DNA from: Candidatus Aminicenantes bacterium
GTDB taxonomy: Bacteria; Acidobacteriota; Aminicenantia; Aminicenantales; UBA4085
Assembly (NCBI GenBank): GCA_030691735.1
Contig: JAUYDS010000117.1
Coordinates: 17,280 to 81,279, forward strand
Length of the DNA: 64,000 nucleotides
Reading direction: 5' to 3'
Position numbers and translations under genes: made by a program. Positions within the stretch are counted from its first letter, which is position 1; every line of letters begins with the position of its first letter. The notes under the pieces were generated by a model. The model had not been told where the DNA came from, did no database searches, and was given only the letters and a program-made list of their open reading frames with translations. This document shows positions 39,431 through 50,562 of the stretch, in pieces.

Positions 39431-40678
39431 ATGAACAACGATCGTCGCAAGGTCTTTATGACGGCGGGCTACCAAACCGTCTCCATGGGCAGCGGCCGGA
39501 AAGAGTTCCATCCCAAGAAGCCCCGGCCCGGCCTCGAAGACTACATCAAGGAAGCCGGCCAGGGGACGCTCAAGCAGATCGGCGGCGGACAGAACGTCGA
39601 TGAGGGCGTCATCAGCAATTTCATGGCCGCCAGGTTCAACCGACAGGGCCACCTGGCGGCTTTGATCCCGTCGGTGGACGAGACGCTCCGCTGGAAGCCG
39701 TGTATCCGCGTCGAAGGCGCCTGTGGCTCCGGGGGACTGGGACTGATGACCGCGGTCAAATCCGTGCTGGCCGGGACGGCGGATGTCGTCCTGACGATCG
39801 GCGTCGAGGTTCAAAACACGGTCAAGGCGATCTACGGCGCGGACTATCTGGCCGGGGCCGGCTGGTACAAGGGCGAACGGAAGAAAGGCCATGTCTATTT
39901 CTTCCCCGCGCTCTTCAGCGACCGGGCGGGGGCCACCTTCGAAAAGTTCGGCCGGGACAAGACGCGGCGCGCCTTCGCCCGCTGGTATCGGAACGCCGTG
40001 GAGAACGCCCGGCTGTGCGAGACCGCCCAGGAATTCCACAATACGACGGCCGATCTCGAAGCGCTGGGGCTGACCGAGCCGAACCCGCGGAATTTCGTCG
40101 AGCACCTCAACGTCTTCGATTGCTCCAAGGTCTCCGACGCGGGGGCGGCCATCGCCGTCGTTTCCGAGAAAGGCCTGGAGAGGATCGGGATGTCCAAGTC
40201 CGCCGCCGTCGAAGTGGTCGGCTGGGGCCAGGTCGAAGCGGACCTGACGGTCCCGCCCGAGGATCCGACGCGGCTCGAAACGACGGCCCGGGCCGTCAAA
40301 AAAGCCCTCGATTCCGCGGGGATTGCGCTCAAAGACCTGGGGACCGTGGAATGCCACGACTGCTTCACGATCTCGGGGCTGTTGTCCGTGGAGGCGATGG
40401 GGCTGGCCAAACCCGGGGAGGGCCCGGATTACATTTTGGACGGGCAGACGTCCCGGCAGGGGACGGTGCCGTTCAACACGTCCGGGGGTCTGATCGGTTG
40501 GGGCCACCCGACGGGCGGGACCGGCGTCCGCCAGGCCGTCACGGTCTGGCAGCAGCTGACCGGAAAGGCGGGGAATTGGCAGATCGTGCTCCCTTCCGGC
40601 CGGCCCTACGCGCTGTCGATCAACATGGGCGGCAACGACAAAACGGTCGTGGCCATCGTCTATCGCCGGGCGGACTGA
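39431..40678 (+). CDS. SCP2-type thiolase
   Basis: VEGACGSGG (nucleophile Cys), HDCF loop, [12 protein letters not shown]. Confidence 0.9.
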   Translation: MNNDRRKVFMTAGYQTVSMGSGRKEFHPKKPRPGLEDYIKEAGQGTLKQIGGGQNVDEGVISNFMAARFNRQGHLAALIPSVDETLRWKPCIRVEGACGSGGLGLMTAVKSVLAGTADVVLTIGVEVQNTVKAIYGADYLAGAGWYKGERKKGHVYFFPALFSDRAGATFEKFGRDKTRRAFARWYRNAVENARLCETAQEFHNTTADLEALGLTEPNPRNFVEHLNVFDCSKVSDAGAAIAVVSEKGLERIGMSKSAAVEVVGWGQVEADLTVPPEDPTRLETTARAVKKALDSAGIALKDLGTVECHDCFTISGLLSVEAMGLAKPGEGPDYILDGQTSRQGTVPFNTSGGLIGWGHPTGGTGVRQAVTVWQQLTGKAGNWQIVLPSGRPYALSINMGGNDKTVVAIVYRRAD

Positions 40679-40697
40679 CGCCCATCCGCTAGCTGCC

Positions 40698-42266
40698 ATG
40701 GCCGATAAGACGCCCCAAGACCTCGACCGGTTGAGAGCCCGGCTGGCCGATTTAGAGAAGCAGGCGGAGCTCGGCGGCGGCCGGGAGCGCATCGAGAAAC
40801 TGCACGCCGAAGGGAGATTCACGGCCCGGGAACGCCTGGAACGCCTTCTCGACCCCGGAACGTTCGTCGAACTGGACAAGCTCAAGACCCACCGCTGCGC
40901 CGATTTCGACATGGACAAAAAGAAGGTCCTGGGCGACGGCGTCGTCACGGGATACGGCCGGATCGATGACCGCCTGGTGTACGTCTTCGCCCAGGATTTC
41001 ACCGTCTTCGGCGGCTCGCTGAGCGGGGCCCATTCCGAGAAGATCTGCAAGATCATGGACAAGGCCATGGAGAACGGCGCGCCCGTCATCGGCCTGAACG
41101 ATTCCGGCGGCGCGCGCATCCAGGAAGGCGTGATGAGCCTGGCGGGATACGCCGACATCTTCCTCCGCAATACGCTGGCCTCCGGCGTCGTCCCCCAGAT
41201 CTCGGTCATCATGGGACCCTGCGCCGGAGGCGCCGTCTATTCCCCCGCCATCACCGATTTCATCCTCATGGTCGAGAAGAAATCCTACATGTTTATCACC
41301 GGCCCCGACGTGATCAAAGCCGTGACCCACGAGGCCGTGACCAAGGAGGAACTGGGCGGGGCCATGACCCACGCCGTCAAGAGCGGCGTGGCCCATTTCG
41401 TCGCTCCCGACGAAGAGGACGCTCTGCTCATGGTCCGCGAGCTCATCGGGTTCATGCCGTCCAATAATATGGACGACCCCCCCGTGAGGCCGACCTCCGA
41501 TCCGCCGGACCGGCGGGAGGAGGAGCTGAAAACGATCATCCCTCTGAACCCCAACAAGCCCTATGACATCAAAGCCCTCATCCGCCTCGTCGTCGATGAC
41601 GGCCATTTCTTCGAGGTCCATGAGCACTACGCCCCGAACATCGTCGTCGGGTTCGCCCGGTTCGGCGGATTTTCGGCGGGCATCGTCGCCAACCAGCCGG
41701 CCCATCTGGCCGGCTGCCTGGACACCCATTCCTCAAAGAAGGCCGCCCGTTTCATCCGCTTCTGCGACGCCTTCAACATCCCCCTGGTCTCGTTCGTCGA
41801 CGTACCGGGTTTCCTGCCCGGCACGGAGCAGGAGTTCAGCGGGATCATCAAGGACGGGGCGAAGCTCCTCTTCGCTTACGCGGAATCGACGGTCCCGAAG
41901 GTCACGATCATCACCAGGAAGGCTTACGGCGGCGCCTATGACGTCATGGCCTCCAAGCATATCCGGGGCGATGTGAACCTCGCCTATCCCACGGCGGAGA
42001 TCGCGGTCATGGGACCGGACGGGGCCGTCAACATCATCTTTCGCAACGAGATCCACAAGGCCGCGGACCCCGACCGGACGCGGGAGGAACTGGTGGCCAA
42101 TTACCGGAACACGTTTGCCGATCCCTACCAGGCCGCGGCGCTGGGCTACATCGACGCGGTCATCTATCCGGAAGACACCCGCCGCCACATCATCCAGTCG
42201 CTGAAGATGCTTCAGAACAAGCGCCAGAAGAACCCGCCCAAGAAGCACGGCAACATCCCCCTGTGA
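40698..42266 (+). CDS. Acyl-CoA carboxylase carboxyltransferase subunit (PccB/MmdA-like)
   Basis: [55 protein letters not shown]. Confidence 0.93.
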   Translation: MADKTPQDLDRLRARLADLEKQAELGGGRERIEKLHAEGRFTARERLERLLDPGTFVELDKLKTHRCADFDMDKKKVLGDGVVTGYGRIDDRLVYVFAQDFTVFGGSLSGAHSEKICKIMDKAMENGAPVIGLNDSGGARIQEGVMSLAGYADIFLRNTLASGVVPQISVIMGPCAGGAVYSPAITDFILMVEKKSYMFITGPDVIKAVTHEAVTKEELGGAMTHAVKSGVAHFVAPDEEDALLMVRELIGFMPSNNMDDPPVRPTSDPPDRREEELKTIIPLNPNKPYDIKALIRLVVDDGHFFEVHEHYAPNIVVGFARFGGFSAGIVANQPAHLAGCLDTHSSKKAARFIRFCDAFNIPLVSFVDVPGFLPGTEQEFSGIIKDGAKLLFAYAESTVPKVTIITRKAYGGAYDVMASKHIRGDVNLAYPTAEIAVMGPDGAVNIIFRNEIHKAADPDRTREELVANYRNTFADPYQAAALGYIDAVIYPEDTRRHIIQSLKMLQNKRQKNPPKKHGNIPL

Positions 42267-42279
42267 GGGAATCCGCAAT

Positions 42280-43791
42280 ATGACGAAGCGGCCGCGGCGG
42301 CTCGAAAAGATCCTGATCGCGAACAGGGGAGAGATCGCCGTCCGCGTCGAGCGGACCTGCCGCGAGCTCGGGCGGACGACCGTGGCCGTGTTCTCCGACC
42401 CCGACCGCCACGCTCTGCACGTGAGATACGCGGACGAGGCCTATCCCCTGGGCGGATCGACGCCCGCGGAAACGTATCTTGACCAAGCCAAGATCTTCGA
42501 CATCGCCCGCCGCTCCGGCGCCGACGCCGTCCATCCCGGTTATGGATTTCTCAGCGAGAACCCCTCTTTCGCCGCGGCCTGCCGCGAGCGCGGCCTGGTC
42601 TTCATCGGCCCCTCGGCCGAATCGATCGAGCTCATGGGCGAGAAGACCCGGGCGCGCGAGCGGATGAGTCGGGCCGGCGTCCCGATCGTCCCCGGGACTC
42701 CGCCGCTGGCGGCGGTCCAGGAAGCCCTGAGCGAGGCCCGGCGCCTCAGCTTCCCCGTCCTGATCAAAGCCGCGGCCGGCGGCGGGGGCAAGGGGATGCG
42801 CCGCGTGGATCGCCCCGACGATTTCGGCCCGGCCTTCGAAGCCTGCCGGCGTGAAGCCTTGTCCGCGTTCGGCGACGACCGCGTCTATCTCGAAAAATAT
42901 CTCGAGGAACCTCACCACGTGGAGTTCCAGATCCTGGCCGATGCGCAGGGCCGGACGATCCATCTCTTCGAGCGGGAGTGCTCCATCCAGAGACGGCACC
43001 AAAAGATCATCGAGGAGACGCCGTCGCCCCTGATGACCAAGGACCTCCGGGCCCGAATGGGCCAAGCGGCCGTCAGGGCGGCCGAAGCCTGCGGCTACAC
43101 CAACGCCGGCACGATCGAATTTCTCGTCGACGCCGGCCGCCGCTTCTATTTTTTGGAGATGAACACCCGTCTCCAGGTCGAGCATCCCATCACCGAGATG
43201 GTCACCGGCGTCGACCTCGTCGAGCGCCAGATCCGCATCGCCGAAGGCGAACCCCTGGAAGACCGCCATCTCTCCCAGCGTGGGACGGCCATGGAATGCC
43301 GGATATACGCTGAGGACCCCTGGAATCACTTCCTTCCTTCGCCGGGCTTGATCCGGAAACTGTCTCCGCCGGGAGGTCCGGGCGTCCGGGACGACACGGG
43401 CGTCTACGCCGGATTTACCGTTCCCATGGAGTACGATCCGTTGTTGGCCAAGCTGGTCGTCTGGGGCGAAAACCGGCAACAGACCCTGGCCCGGATGAGC
43501 CGGGCTCTCGAGGAATATCGATTGATCGGGATACGAACCAATATCCCTTATCTCCGGAGGATCGTCCGCCATCCGGAATTCGCCAGGGGCGCCTATGATA
43601 CGCATTTCCTGATGAAGCACCAGGACGAGCTTTTAAAGTTCGACCGGAGCGATCATGACCGTATTGCCCTGGCGGCGGCCGCCGTCCTCGCCTGGCGGGG
43701 CGAAGAGAAGAGCACGGCCGGCCCCGCGGCCGGAAATTCCGCTGCCTCGGCCTGGAAAATGGCGGGCCGCCCGGGAGTCTCCGACTCGTGA
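42280..43791 (+). CDS. Biotin carboxylase subunit
   Basis: ILIANRGEIAVR, HPGYGFLSEN, GGGGKGMR, ERECSIQRRHQK, EMNTRLQVEH. Confidence 0.95.
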   Translation: MTKRPRRLEKILIANRGEIAVRVERTCRELGRTTVAVFSDPDRHALHVRYADEAYPLGGSTPAETYLDQAKIFDIARRSGADAVHPGYGFLSENPSFAAACRERGLVFIGPSAESIELMGEKTRARERMSRAGVPIVPGTPPLAAVQEALSEARRLSFPVLIKAAAGGGGKGMRRVDRPDDFGPAFEACRREALSAFGDDRVYLEKYLEEPHHVEFQILADAQGRTIHLFERECSIQRRHQKIIEETPSPLMTKDLRARMGQAAVRAAEACGYTNAGTIEFLVDAGRRFYFLEMNTRLQVEHPITEMVTGVDLVERQIRIAEGEPLEDRHLSQRGTAMECRIYAEDPWNHFLPSPGLIRKLSPPGGPGVRDDTGVYAGFTVPMEYDPLLAKLVVWGENRQQTLARMSRALEEYRLIGIRTNIPYLRRIVRHPEFARGAYDTHFLMKHQDELLKFDRSDHDRIALAAAAVLAWRGEEKSTAGPAAGNSAASAWKMAGRPGVSDS

Positions 43792-44306
43792 AGAAATTCG
43801 CGGTCCTTCTGAACGGTCGGGCCGCGCAGGTGGGGATCGCGCCTCTCGATGACCACCGTTTTACGGTCGTCATCGACGACGTCCCCTTTGACGTCGACGT
43901 CCGTTCCGCCGGGCCGGATTCCCTATCGTTGTTGATGGAGAACCGTTCGATCGACCTGTCCTATTTCTTTCGCGGCGATCAGATGGAACTCCATTTCGGG
44001 GACCAATGCTTTCAGCTGGAGATCCTGAACGAGCGCAGAAAGGGGACGCGGCAAAGCCGGACGAGCGGGGAATCGTCAGGACCGGAGATCATCAAGGCCT
44101 TCATGCCGGGAAAGATCGTCCAGGTCGGCGTCCGGCCGGGCGATCGCGTGGCCCCCGGCGCGAGCGTCCTCATCATCGAGGCCATGAAAATGGAGAACGA
44201 GATCTTCTGCCGCTGCGGCGGGGTCGTCCGAGCCGTTCATGTCAAGTCCGGCCAGGCGATCGAGAACGACGCGGTCCTCGTCGAGATCGATCCTGACACG
44301 GGCTGA
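43788..44306 (+). CDS. Biotin carboxyl carrier protein
   Basis: MPGKI...EAMKMENEI biotinylation motif; GTG start overlaps the upstream stop. Confidence 0.92.
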   Translation: MKKFAVLLNGRAAQVGIAPLDDHRFTVVIDDVPFDVDVRSAGPDSLSLLMENRSIDLSYFFRGDQMELHFGDQCFQLEILNERRKGTRQSRTSGESSGPEIIKAFMPGKIVQVGVRPGDRVAPGASVLIIEAMKMENEIFCRCGGVVRAVHVKSGQAIENDAVLVEIDPDTG

Positions 44307-44330
44307 GCGTTTCGGGATCCTAAGACATCC

Positions 44331-44753
44331 CTATTCGTGCCGTCGGCCGCCTGGTCTCTCTTCGCAAATTTCCAGGAGAACGCGGCCGGTGTCGTGCGGA
44401 TGCAGAAAGGCCACCTTCGCCCCACCCGCGCCCGGCCGGGGGGCGGGGTCGAGGGCGCGGATCCCGTTCTCGATCAGATGGGCAAGCGTCCCTTCGGCGT
44501 CGTCGACGCCGAAGGCGAGATGATGCAATCCTTCGCCCCGCCGCTCGATGAACGTCGAGATCGTGGAATCCGGCGAGGTGGCCTGGATCAGTTCCAGGCG
44601 GACTCCGCCGACATCGAAGACGGCGACCCGGAGCCCGCGGTCGGGCAGGTCCTCATAACCTTCGAACTTGAGCCCCAGCACGTCTCGGTAGAAAACCAGG
44701 TGCGTCTCGATGTCTTTGACGGCGATGCCGACATGGTCGATCTTCCGGATCAT
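44331..44753 (-). CDS. mce: Methylmalonyl-CoA epimerase (VOC family)
   Basis: IDHVGIAV, LELI, GEGLHHLAF.VDD, GAGG..VAFLHP....VL.E; start ATG 44753. Confidence 0.9.
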   Translation of the reverse strand: MIRKIDHVGIAVKDIETHLVFYRDVLGLKFEGYEDLPDRGLRVAVFDVGGVRLELIQATSPDSTISTFIERRGEGLHHLAFGVDDAEGTLAHLIENGIRALDPAPRPGAGGAKVAFLHPHDTGRVLLEICEERPGGRRHE

Positions 44754-44761
44754 GGTCGGCG

Positions 44762-45904
44762 TCACTCCCCGATAAGCTCGCGGGCGATGACGAGACGCTG
44801 GATCTCGCTCGTCCCCTCGCCGATGGTGCACAGCTTGGCGTCGCGCCAATGTTTTTCCACGGGATAGTCCTTGCAATAGCCGTAGCCGCCGTGGATCTGG
44901 ACGGCGTCCTCCGCCACCCGGACCGCGGCCTCGGACGCGTAGAGCTTGGCCTGGGCCGAGATCAGGGTCGTTTTCCGGCCGGCGTCCTTTTCGTCGGCGG
45001 CATGCTCGGTGAGCAGGCGGGCGGCGTGGACCGCGGTGGCCATATCGGCCAGCTTGAATCGGACCGCTTGGAAGGCGGCGATCGGCCGGTTGAACTGGCG
45101 CCTCTGCTTGGCGTAAGCGACGGCCGCGTCGAGCGCCCCTCTGGCGATCCCCACGGCGAGCGCGGCGATGGAGATGCGGCCGCCGTCGAGGATCTCCATA
45201 GCCTGGATGAAGCCCTCGCCCTCGCGGCCGAGGAGGGCGTCCTCGCCGACCCGGCAGTCCTCGAGAACGAGAGAGGCCGTGTCGGAGACGCGCATGCCGA
45301 CCTTGTCCTCGTGCTTCCCAACGGATACGCCGGGGGCGTCAAGCGGGACGATGAAGGCGGAGATGCCGCGATGGTCGGTGCCGGGCTTCGTCCTGGCCAT
45401 CATGACCCCGACGCCGCCGACACTGGCGTGGGTGATGAAGTTTTTGGTCCCGTTCAGCACCCAGCCCTGGCCGTCGCGGACGGCCGTCGTTTTGGTCGCG
45501 CCGGAGTCCGATCCGGCCTCGGGTTCGGTCAGGCCCCAGGCGCCGAGCGTTTCCCCGCCGGCCAGCCGGCGGACCCAGGCGCGGCGGGCGGCCTCCGTCC
45601 CGTACGTGTGGATATGGCTCGTGCACAGGGAGTTGTGGGCCGCCACCGAGAGGGCGATGCCGCCCTCGACGGCTCCCAGCTCCTCGAGAACCGCGACATA
45701 ATGCCTGTAGGTCAATCCGGAACCGCCGAGCTCCTCGGGGATCAGGATCCCCATCATCCCCAGCTCGCCGAGCCGGCGGAAGATGTCCTTGGGGAAGAAC
45801 GCTTTGTCATCCCATTCCCGGGCGTGAGGCGCGATCTCCGTCCGGGCGAAATCGCGGACCATCTCCCGGATCTCTTTCAACGATTCGATGTGGTTGTCGG
45901 TCAT
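44762..45904 (-). CDS. Acyl-CoA dehydrogenase (branched-chain/isovaleryl-CoA candidate)
   Basis: [35 protein letters not shown]; start MTDNH at 45904 with AAGGAGG SD. Confidence 0.9.
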   Translation of the reverse strand: MTDNHIESLKEIREMVRDFARTEIAPHAREWDDKAFFPKDIFRRLGELGMMGILIPEELGGSGLTYRHYVAVLEELGAVEGGIALSVAAHNSLCTSHIHTYGTEAARRAWVRRLAGGETLGAWGLTEPEAGSDSGATKTTAVRDGQGWVLNGTKNFITHASVGGVGVMMARTKPGTDHRGISAFIVPLDAPGVSVGKHEDKVGMRVSDTASLVLEDCRVGEDALLGREGEGFIQAMEILDGGRISIAALAVGIARGALDAAVAYAKQRRQFNRPIAAFQAVRFKLADMATAVHAARLLTEHAADEKDAGRKTTLISAQAKLYASEAAVRVAEDAVQIHGGYGYCKDYPVEKHWRDAKLCTIGEGTSEIQRLVIARELIGE

Positions 45905-45940
45905 GGTTAGACCCTCCTTGTTGTTAAAGCGCGGACACAA

Positions 45941-46062
45941 GGGGACATGTACCTTGGGGACACATACTTCGGGGACACGGAGAAGTTGAGACATATGTTG
46001 CATTTCTGGAGATTAATAAGGGATGTGTCCCCAAGGTACATGTCCCTAAAGTATGTGTCCCC
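45941..46062. repeat. Intra-operon inverted repeat built from 15-bp GGGGACA units (family C-related)
   Basis: 24-bp perfect arms 45942-45965/46023-46046 plus extra GGGGACACATAC/GTATGTGTCCCC units. Confidence 0.85.
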
Positions 46063-46068
46063 ATTTTA

Positions 46069-46572
46069 TTATTTCGCTTCGAGCTCAAGCAGCAGCCGTT
46101 CCGGATCGACCAGCTCGCCTTCGGCGACGTGGATCTTTTTAACCGACCCGTCGAGCGACGATTTGATCTCGTTCTCCATCTTCATCGCCTCGACGATGAC
46201 CAGCGTCTGGTTCTTCCTCACCGCCTCGCCTTCGGCGACGAGGACCTTGATGACCTTGCCCGGCATCGGCGCCTTGATCTTGAGCCCGCCGCCGGGACCT
46301 TTGTGGTCGTCCGTCCAGGAGCGGCCGGCCGCTTCGCCGGGCTCGCGGAGGACGTATTGCCGGCCTCCGACGAAGACGATCTCGCGGTCCTTGTCCCGGG
46401 CGATCAAGACCTCGTGAGACCGGCCGCCGACGACGAGCGTCAGCTCGTTGTCCGAGATCCGCCGGACATCGGCTTCGAACTCGACGTCTCCCTGCTTGAT
46501 ATGAAAGACGCCGTTCTTCTCTTCGACAGCCACTTTTTTTGTAACGCCGTCCACCAGGAATTCGAACTCCAT
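46069..46572 (-). CDS. Biotin carboxyl carrier protein
   Basis: APMPGKV...EAMKMENEI. Confidence 0.93.
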   Translation of the reverse strand: MEFEFLVDGVTKKVAVEEKNGVFHIKQGDVEFEADVRRISDNELTLVVGGRSHEVLIARDKDREIVFVGGRQYVLREPGEAAGRSWTDDHKGPGGGLKIKAPMPGKVIKVLVAEGEAVRKNQTLVIVEAMKMENEIKSSLDGSVKKIHVAEGELVDPERLLLELEAK

Positions 46573-46573
46573 G

Positions 46574-48088
46574 TCAGTCCGCTCCTCCGATCCTCCACCG
46601 GCCCAGCGTCTGCCAAGGCCCGGCCGTTTCTTCCTTCGCCCGCAGGCCGCCCTTCGGGCGGGTCCGCCGGCTCATCTCATCGATGGCGGCGGCGGCCAAG
46701 GCCAGAGGAAGCGTTTCCCCCGCCCTTGCCGCTCCCGTCCAGCCGTCAAAATATTTGGGGATGAAGGCCGTGTTCGTCCGTCCCGCCCGGAATTCCGGAT
46801 GGCGGATGACCTCCTTGAGGAAGTCGATGGTCGTATGGATGCCGAGGACGGCATAGCCGTCGAGCGCGGCGGCCATGCGCCGGCAGGCCAGGTCCCGGTT
46901 CTCGGCCCAGACGACGAGCTTGGCCAGGATCGGGTCATAATAGATTGGGACATCCCATCCGCTGTAGATGCCGCCGTCCAGACGGACGCCGGGCCCTTTC
47001 GGCTCCCGGAGAAAAAGGATCCGGCCCGGCGAGGGGAGGAAATTGGCGGTCGGGTCCTCGGCGTAGATCCGGCATTCGATGGCGTGCCCGCGCTGCCGGA
47101 GATCGTTCTGTTTCAAGGTCAAGGGTTCGCCGGCGGCGATCAGGATTTGCTGGCGGACCAGATCCACCCCGGTCACGAGCTCGGTCACGGGATGCTCGAC
47201 CTGGAGGCGGGCATTCACCTCGAGGAAATAGAAGTTGCGATTTTTGTCCAGGAGGAATTCGACCGTGCCAGCATTGTTGTAACCCGCCGCCCGCATGGCC
47301 TTCACGGCGGTCTCGCCCATTTTCAACCTAAGCGCGTCGTCCAAGGCGGGGGAGGGCGTCTCCTCGACGATCTTCTGGTGCCGCCGCTGGATCGAACATT
47401 CCCGTTCGAAGAGATGGACGATCCGGCCGGCGTTGTCGGCCAGGACCTGGAACTCGACGTGGCGGGGCTCTTCGATGTATCGTTCGAGATAGACGGATTC
47501 GTCCCCGAAGGCGGACTTGGCTTCGCGCCGCCCCGCTTCAAGAGCAGGACCCAGGTCTTTTTCTTCGGTGACAATGCGCATCCCTTTGCCGCCGCCCCCG
47601 GCCGAGGCCTTGACGATGACCGGGAACCCGAGAGCCCGGGCCGCTTTTACATATTCCCCGGCGTCGGCGGGAACGGACTTCATCCCGGGGATGATCGGGA
47701 TGCCGGCCTTCTCCATCGTCTGCCGGGCGCGGACCTTGTCGCCGACGAGCTCGAGCGCGTCGGACCTGGGGCCGATGAAAACGATCCCCTCTTTCTCCAA
47801 TCGCCGGGCGAAATCGGCGTTCTCAGCCAGGAAGCCGTATCCGGGGTGGACGGCTTCCGCGCCGCTGTCGCGAACGGCCCGGACGATCCGGTCCATGTCG
47901 AGATAGCTTTCGACCGCGGGGGCCGGCCCGATGGCGACGGCTTCGTCGGCCAGGGCGACGTGGAGACTGGCCCGGTCGGCTTCGGAGTAGACGGCGACGG
48001 GGGAGATGCCCATTTCGCGGCAGGCCCGAATGACCCGGACGGCAATCTCGCCCCGGTTGGCGATCAATATTTTTTTGAACATCTTCAT
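46574..48088 (-). CDS. Biotin carboxylase subunit (methylcrotonyl-CoA carboxylase alpha-like, BCCP separate)
   Basis: KILIANRGEIAVR, HPGYGFLAEN, ERECSIQRRHQK; ATGA overlap with the hydratase stop. Confidence 0.94.
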   Translation of the reverse strand: MKMFKKILIANRGEIAVRVIRACREMGISPVAVYSEADRASLHVALADEAVAIGPAPAVESYLDMDRIVRAVRDSGAEAVHPGYGFLAENADFARRLEKEGIVFIGPRSDALELVGDKVRARQTMEKAGIPIIPGMKSVPADAGEYVKAARALGFPVIVKASAGGGGKGMRIVTEEKDLGPALEAGRREAKSAFGDESVYLERYIEEPRHVEFQVLADNAGRIVHLFERECSIQRRHQKIVEETPSPALDDALRLKMGETAVKAMRAAGYNNAGTVEFLLDKNRNFYFLEVNARLQVEHPVTELVTGVDLVRQQILIAAGEPLTLKQNDLRQRGHAIECRIYAEDPTANFLPSPGRILFLREPKGPGVRLDGGIYSGWDVPIYYDPILAKLVVWAENRDLACRRMAAALDGYAVLGIHTTIDFLKEVIRHPEFRAGRTNTAFIPKYFDGWTGAARAGETLPLALAAAAIDEMSRRTRPKGGLRAKEETAGPWQTLGRWRIGGAD

Positions 48089-48876
48089 TCCGCCCATTTG
48101 GGCTTCCGTTTCTCGAGGAAGGCGGCCATGCCCTCCTGTCCCTCCCGGCTCACCCGCAGTCCGGCGATCATCTCCGCCGTGAACCGCTTGGCCTCTTCGA
48201 AACCCATCCCGGGGACGCGGCGGAGCAGCTCTTTGCAGCCGGCCAGCGCTTCGGGGCCGGACGAAAGGAGCAGCCAGGCGATCTCTTCGACCTTAGCGTC
48301 CAACCGCACCTCCTCGACGACGGCGTTGGCCAATCCGATCTCGAGCGCCCGATGGGCATCGATGCGTTCGCCCGTCAGGAAATACTGCCGGGCGAGGCTC
48401 TCCCCGATCCGGCGGACGATATAGGGCGCGATGCAGGCCGGGACGAGACCGATCTTGACCTCGCTCAGCCCGACCTTCGCTTCGGCCGAGGCGACGACGA
48501 TGTCGCAGGCGGAGAGGAAGCCGGCGCCGCCGCCGATGGCCGCCCCGTTCACCCGGGCGATGGTCGGCTTGGGCAGGGCGTAGAGCTCATAGAGGAAGTC
48601 GGCCAGCTCGAGGGATTCCTGGAGGTTCTGCTCGTAGGAAAAGCGGATGATTTCGCGCATCCAGTTCAGGTCCGCTCCGGCGCAGAACGACTTGCCCTTT
48701 CCCGAGAGGACCACGACCCGAACCGCCGCGTCTTCACGGAGCTCCCGGAGGGCGGCCCGCAGCTCGCGGATCATGGCCGAATTGAAGGCGTTGTGGACGT
48801 CGGGCCGGTCGAGCCAGAGGCGGGCGAGTTTTCCCTCCCTCTCGACCGAGATCGTTTCATATCTTTTGTCGCTCAT
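48085..48876 (-). CDS. liuC: 3-methylglutaconyl-CoA hydratase (LiuC-like)
   Basis: RPDVHNAFN, SFCAGADL.WM, LSEVKIGLVPACIAPY, EGQEGM.AFLEKR.P.W; adjacent to MCC beta. Confidence 0.85.
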   Translation of the reverse strand: MSDKRYETISVEREGKLARLWLDRPDVHNAFNSAMIRELRAALRELREDAAVRVVVLSGKGKSFCAGADLNWMREIIRFSYEQNLQESLELADFLYELYALPKPTIARVNGAAIGGGAGFLSACDIVVASAEAKVGLSEVKIGLVPACIAPYIVRRIGESLARQYFLTGERIDAHRALEIGLANAVVEEVRLDAKVEEIAWLLLSSGPEALAGCKELLRRVPGMGFEEAKRFTAEMIAGLRVSREGQEGMAAFLEKRKPKWAE

Positions 48877-48888
48877 GGCCGCCCGTCC

Positions 48889-50496
48889 TTACATCCTGAA
48901 GATCCCGACCTTATAGTCGGGGATGGGCGCGTTCAGGCTCATGGCGATGCCGAGGCCGAGGGCCGCGCGCGTGTCGAGCGGGGGGAGGATGCCGTCGTCC
49001 CAAAGGCGGGCCGTGCTGAAATAGGGGCTGGCCTCCTCCTCGTATTTTTCCATGATCGGCCGGATCACTTTCTCTTTCTCTTCTTCGCTCATCTTGACCC
49101 CCTGCTCCTGGAGGCGCTTGAGCTTGACGCTGACCAGGACCCCGGCCGCCTGCTCGCCGCCCATGACGCTGATCCGGGCGTTCGGCCACATCCAGAGCAG
49201 ACGCGGGCCGTAGGCGCGGCCGCACATGGCGTAATTGCCCGCGCCGTACGAGCCGCCGATGATCACGGTGAACTTGGGCACGCCGGCGTTGGCCGTGGCG
49301 TGGACGAGCTTCGCTCCGTCCCTGGCGATGCCGCGGTGCTCGTACTGCTTGCCGACGATGAAGCCGGTGACGTTCTGGAGAAAAATGAGGGGGACCTTGC
49401 GCATGGCGCAGAGGGTGATGAAATGGGCGCCTTTGAGCGAGCTTTCGGAGAAGAGCACGCCGTTGTTGGCCAGGATGCCCACGGGTTGGCCCATGATCCG
49501 GGCGAATCCGCAGACGAGCGTCTGGCCGTACAGCTCCTTGAACTCCTGGAAACGGCTTCCGTCCACGATCCGGGCGATCACTTCCTTGATGTCGAAGGGC
49601 TTGCGCAGGTCGCGGGGGATGATGCCGTAGAGCTCCTGGGGGTCGTAATGCGGATCTTCGGGAGCGGCCGCGCCGAGGGCGAAGCGGCGCGGCGGGTCGA
49701 GGGTCTCGACAATGTTCCGGGCGATCTCGAGAGCGTGCTCGTCGTTCATGGCGTAATAATCCGACACGCCCGAGATGCGGCAGTGGACGTCCGCGCCTCC
49801 CAGGTCTTCGGCCGAGACCTCTTCGCCCGTGGCCGCCTTGACCAGGGGGGGGCCGCCGATGAAGATCGTCCCCTGGCGGCGGACGATGACGGTCTCATCG
49901 CTCATGGCCGGAACGTAGGCGCCGCCGGCCGTGCACGAACCCATGACGATGGAGATCTGGGGGATTCCGAGGGCGGACAGCCGGGCCTGGTTGTAGAAGA
50001 TTCGGCCGAAATGCTCCTTGTCGGCGAAGGTTCCCGATTGAAGGGGGAGGAAGATCCCGCCGCTATCGACGAGATAAATGCAGGGCAGCCGGTTCTCGAG
50101 AGCCACTTCCTGGGCCCGGACGTGCTTCTTGATGGTCAACGGAAAGTAGGTCCCCCCCTTGACCGTGGCGTCATTGGCCACGACCAGCACCTCCCGGCCG
50201 TGGACGACGCCGATCCCCGTGACCATGCCCGCGGCCGCGGCTTCGTTGTCGTACAGGCCGTTCGCGGCCAGGGCGCTGAGCTCCAAAAACGGCGTGCCTC
50301 GGTCGAAAAGCTTTTCCAGGCGCTCGCGGACGAGCAATTTGCCCCGGGATTTGTGGAGATCCCGGTATTTTTGAGGGCCCCCTTCCTGGACTTTGGCCAG
50401 CCGCTCCCGGTATTCGGCAACGACCCGCGTCATCTGGTCGAAGTTCTGACGGTATTCGGGACTCTGCGTGTCGACTTTGGATTCGATCCTAAACAT
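48889..50496 (-). CDS. liuB: 3-methylcrotonyl-CoA carboxylase beta (carboxyltransferase) subunit
   Basis: [69 protein letters not shown]-terminal GIFRM. Confidence 0.92.
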   Translation of the reverse strand: MFRIESKVDTQSPEYRQNFDQMTRVVAEYRERLAKVQEGGPQKYRDLHKSRGKLLVRERLEKLFDRGTPFLELSALAANGLYDNEAAAAGMVTGIGVVHGREVLVVANDATVKGGTYFPLTIKKHVRAQEVALENRLPCIYLVDSGGIFLPLQSGTFADKEHFGRIFYNQARLSALGIPQISIVMGSCTAGGAYVPAMSDETVIVRRQGTIFIGGPPLVKAATGEEVSAEDLGGADVHCRISGVSDYYAMNDEHALEIARNIVETLDPPRRFALGAAAPEDPHYDPQELYGIIPRDLRKPFDIKEVIARIVDGSRFQEFKELYGQTLVCGFARIMGQPVGILANNGVLFSESSLKGAHFITLCAMRKVPLIFLQNVTGFIVGKQYEHRGIARDGAKLVHATANAGVPKFTVIIGGSYGAGNYAMCGRAYGPRLLWMWPNARISVMGGEQAAGVLVSVKLKRLQEQGVKMSEEEKEKVIRPIMEKYEEEASPYFSTARLWDDGILPPLDTRAALGLGIAMSLNAPIPDYKVGIFRM

Positions 50497-50562
50497 GACG
50501 GCCCCTTTCCCGAACGTAGTCCTCCTGGCTCTGCCGGAGGGCAGTCCGCTTTTCGAGCGGTC

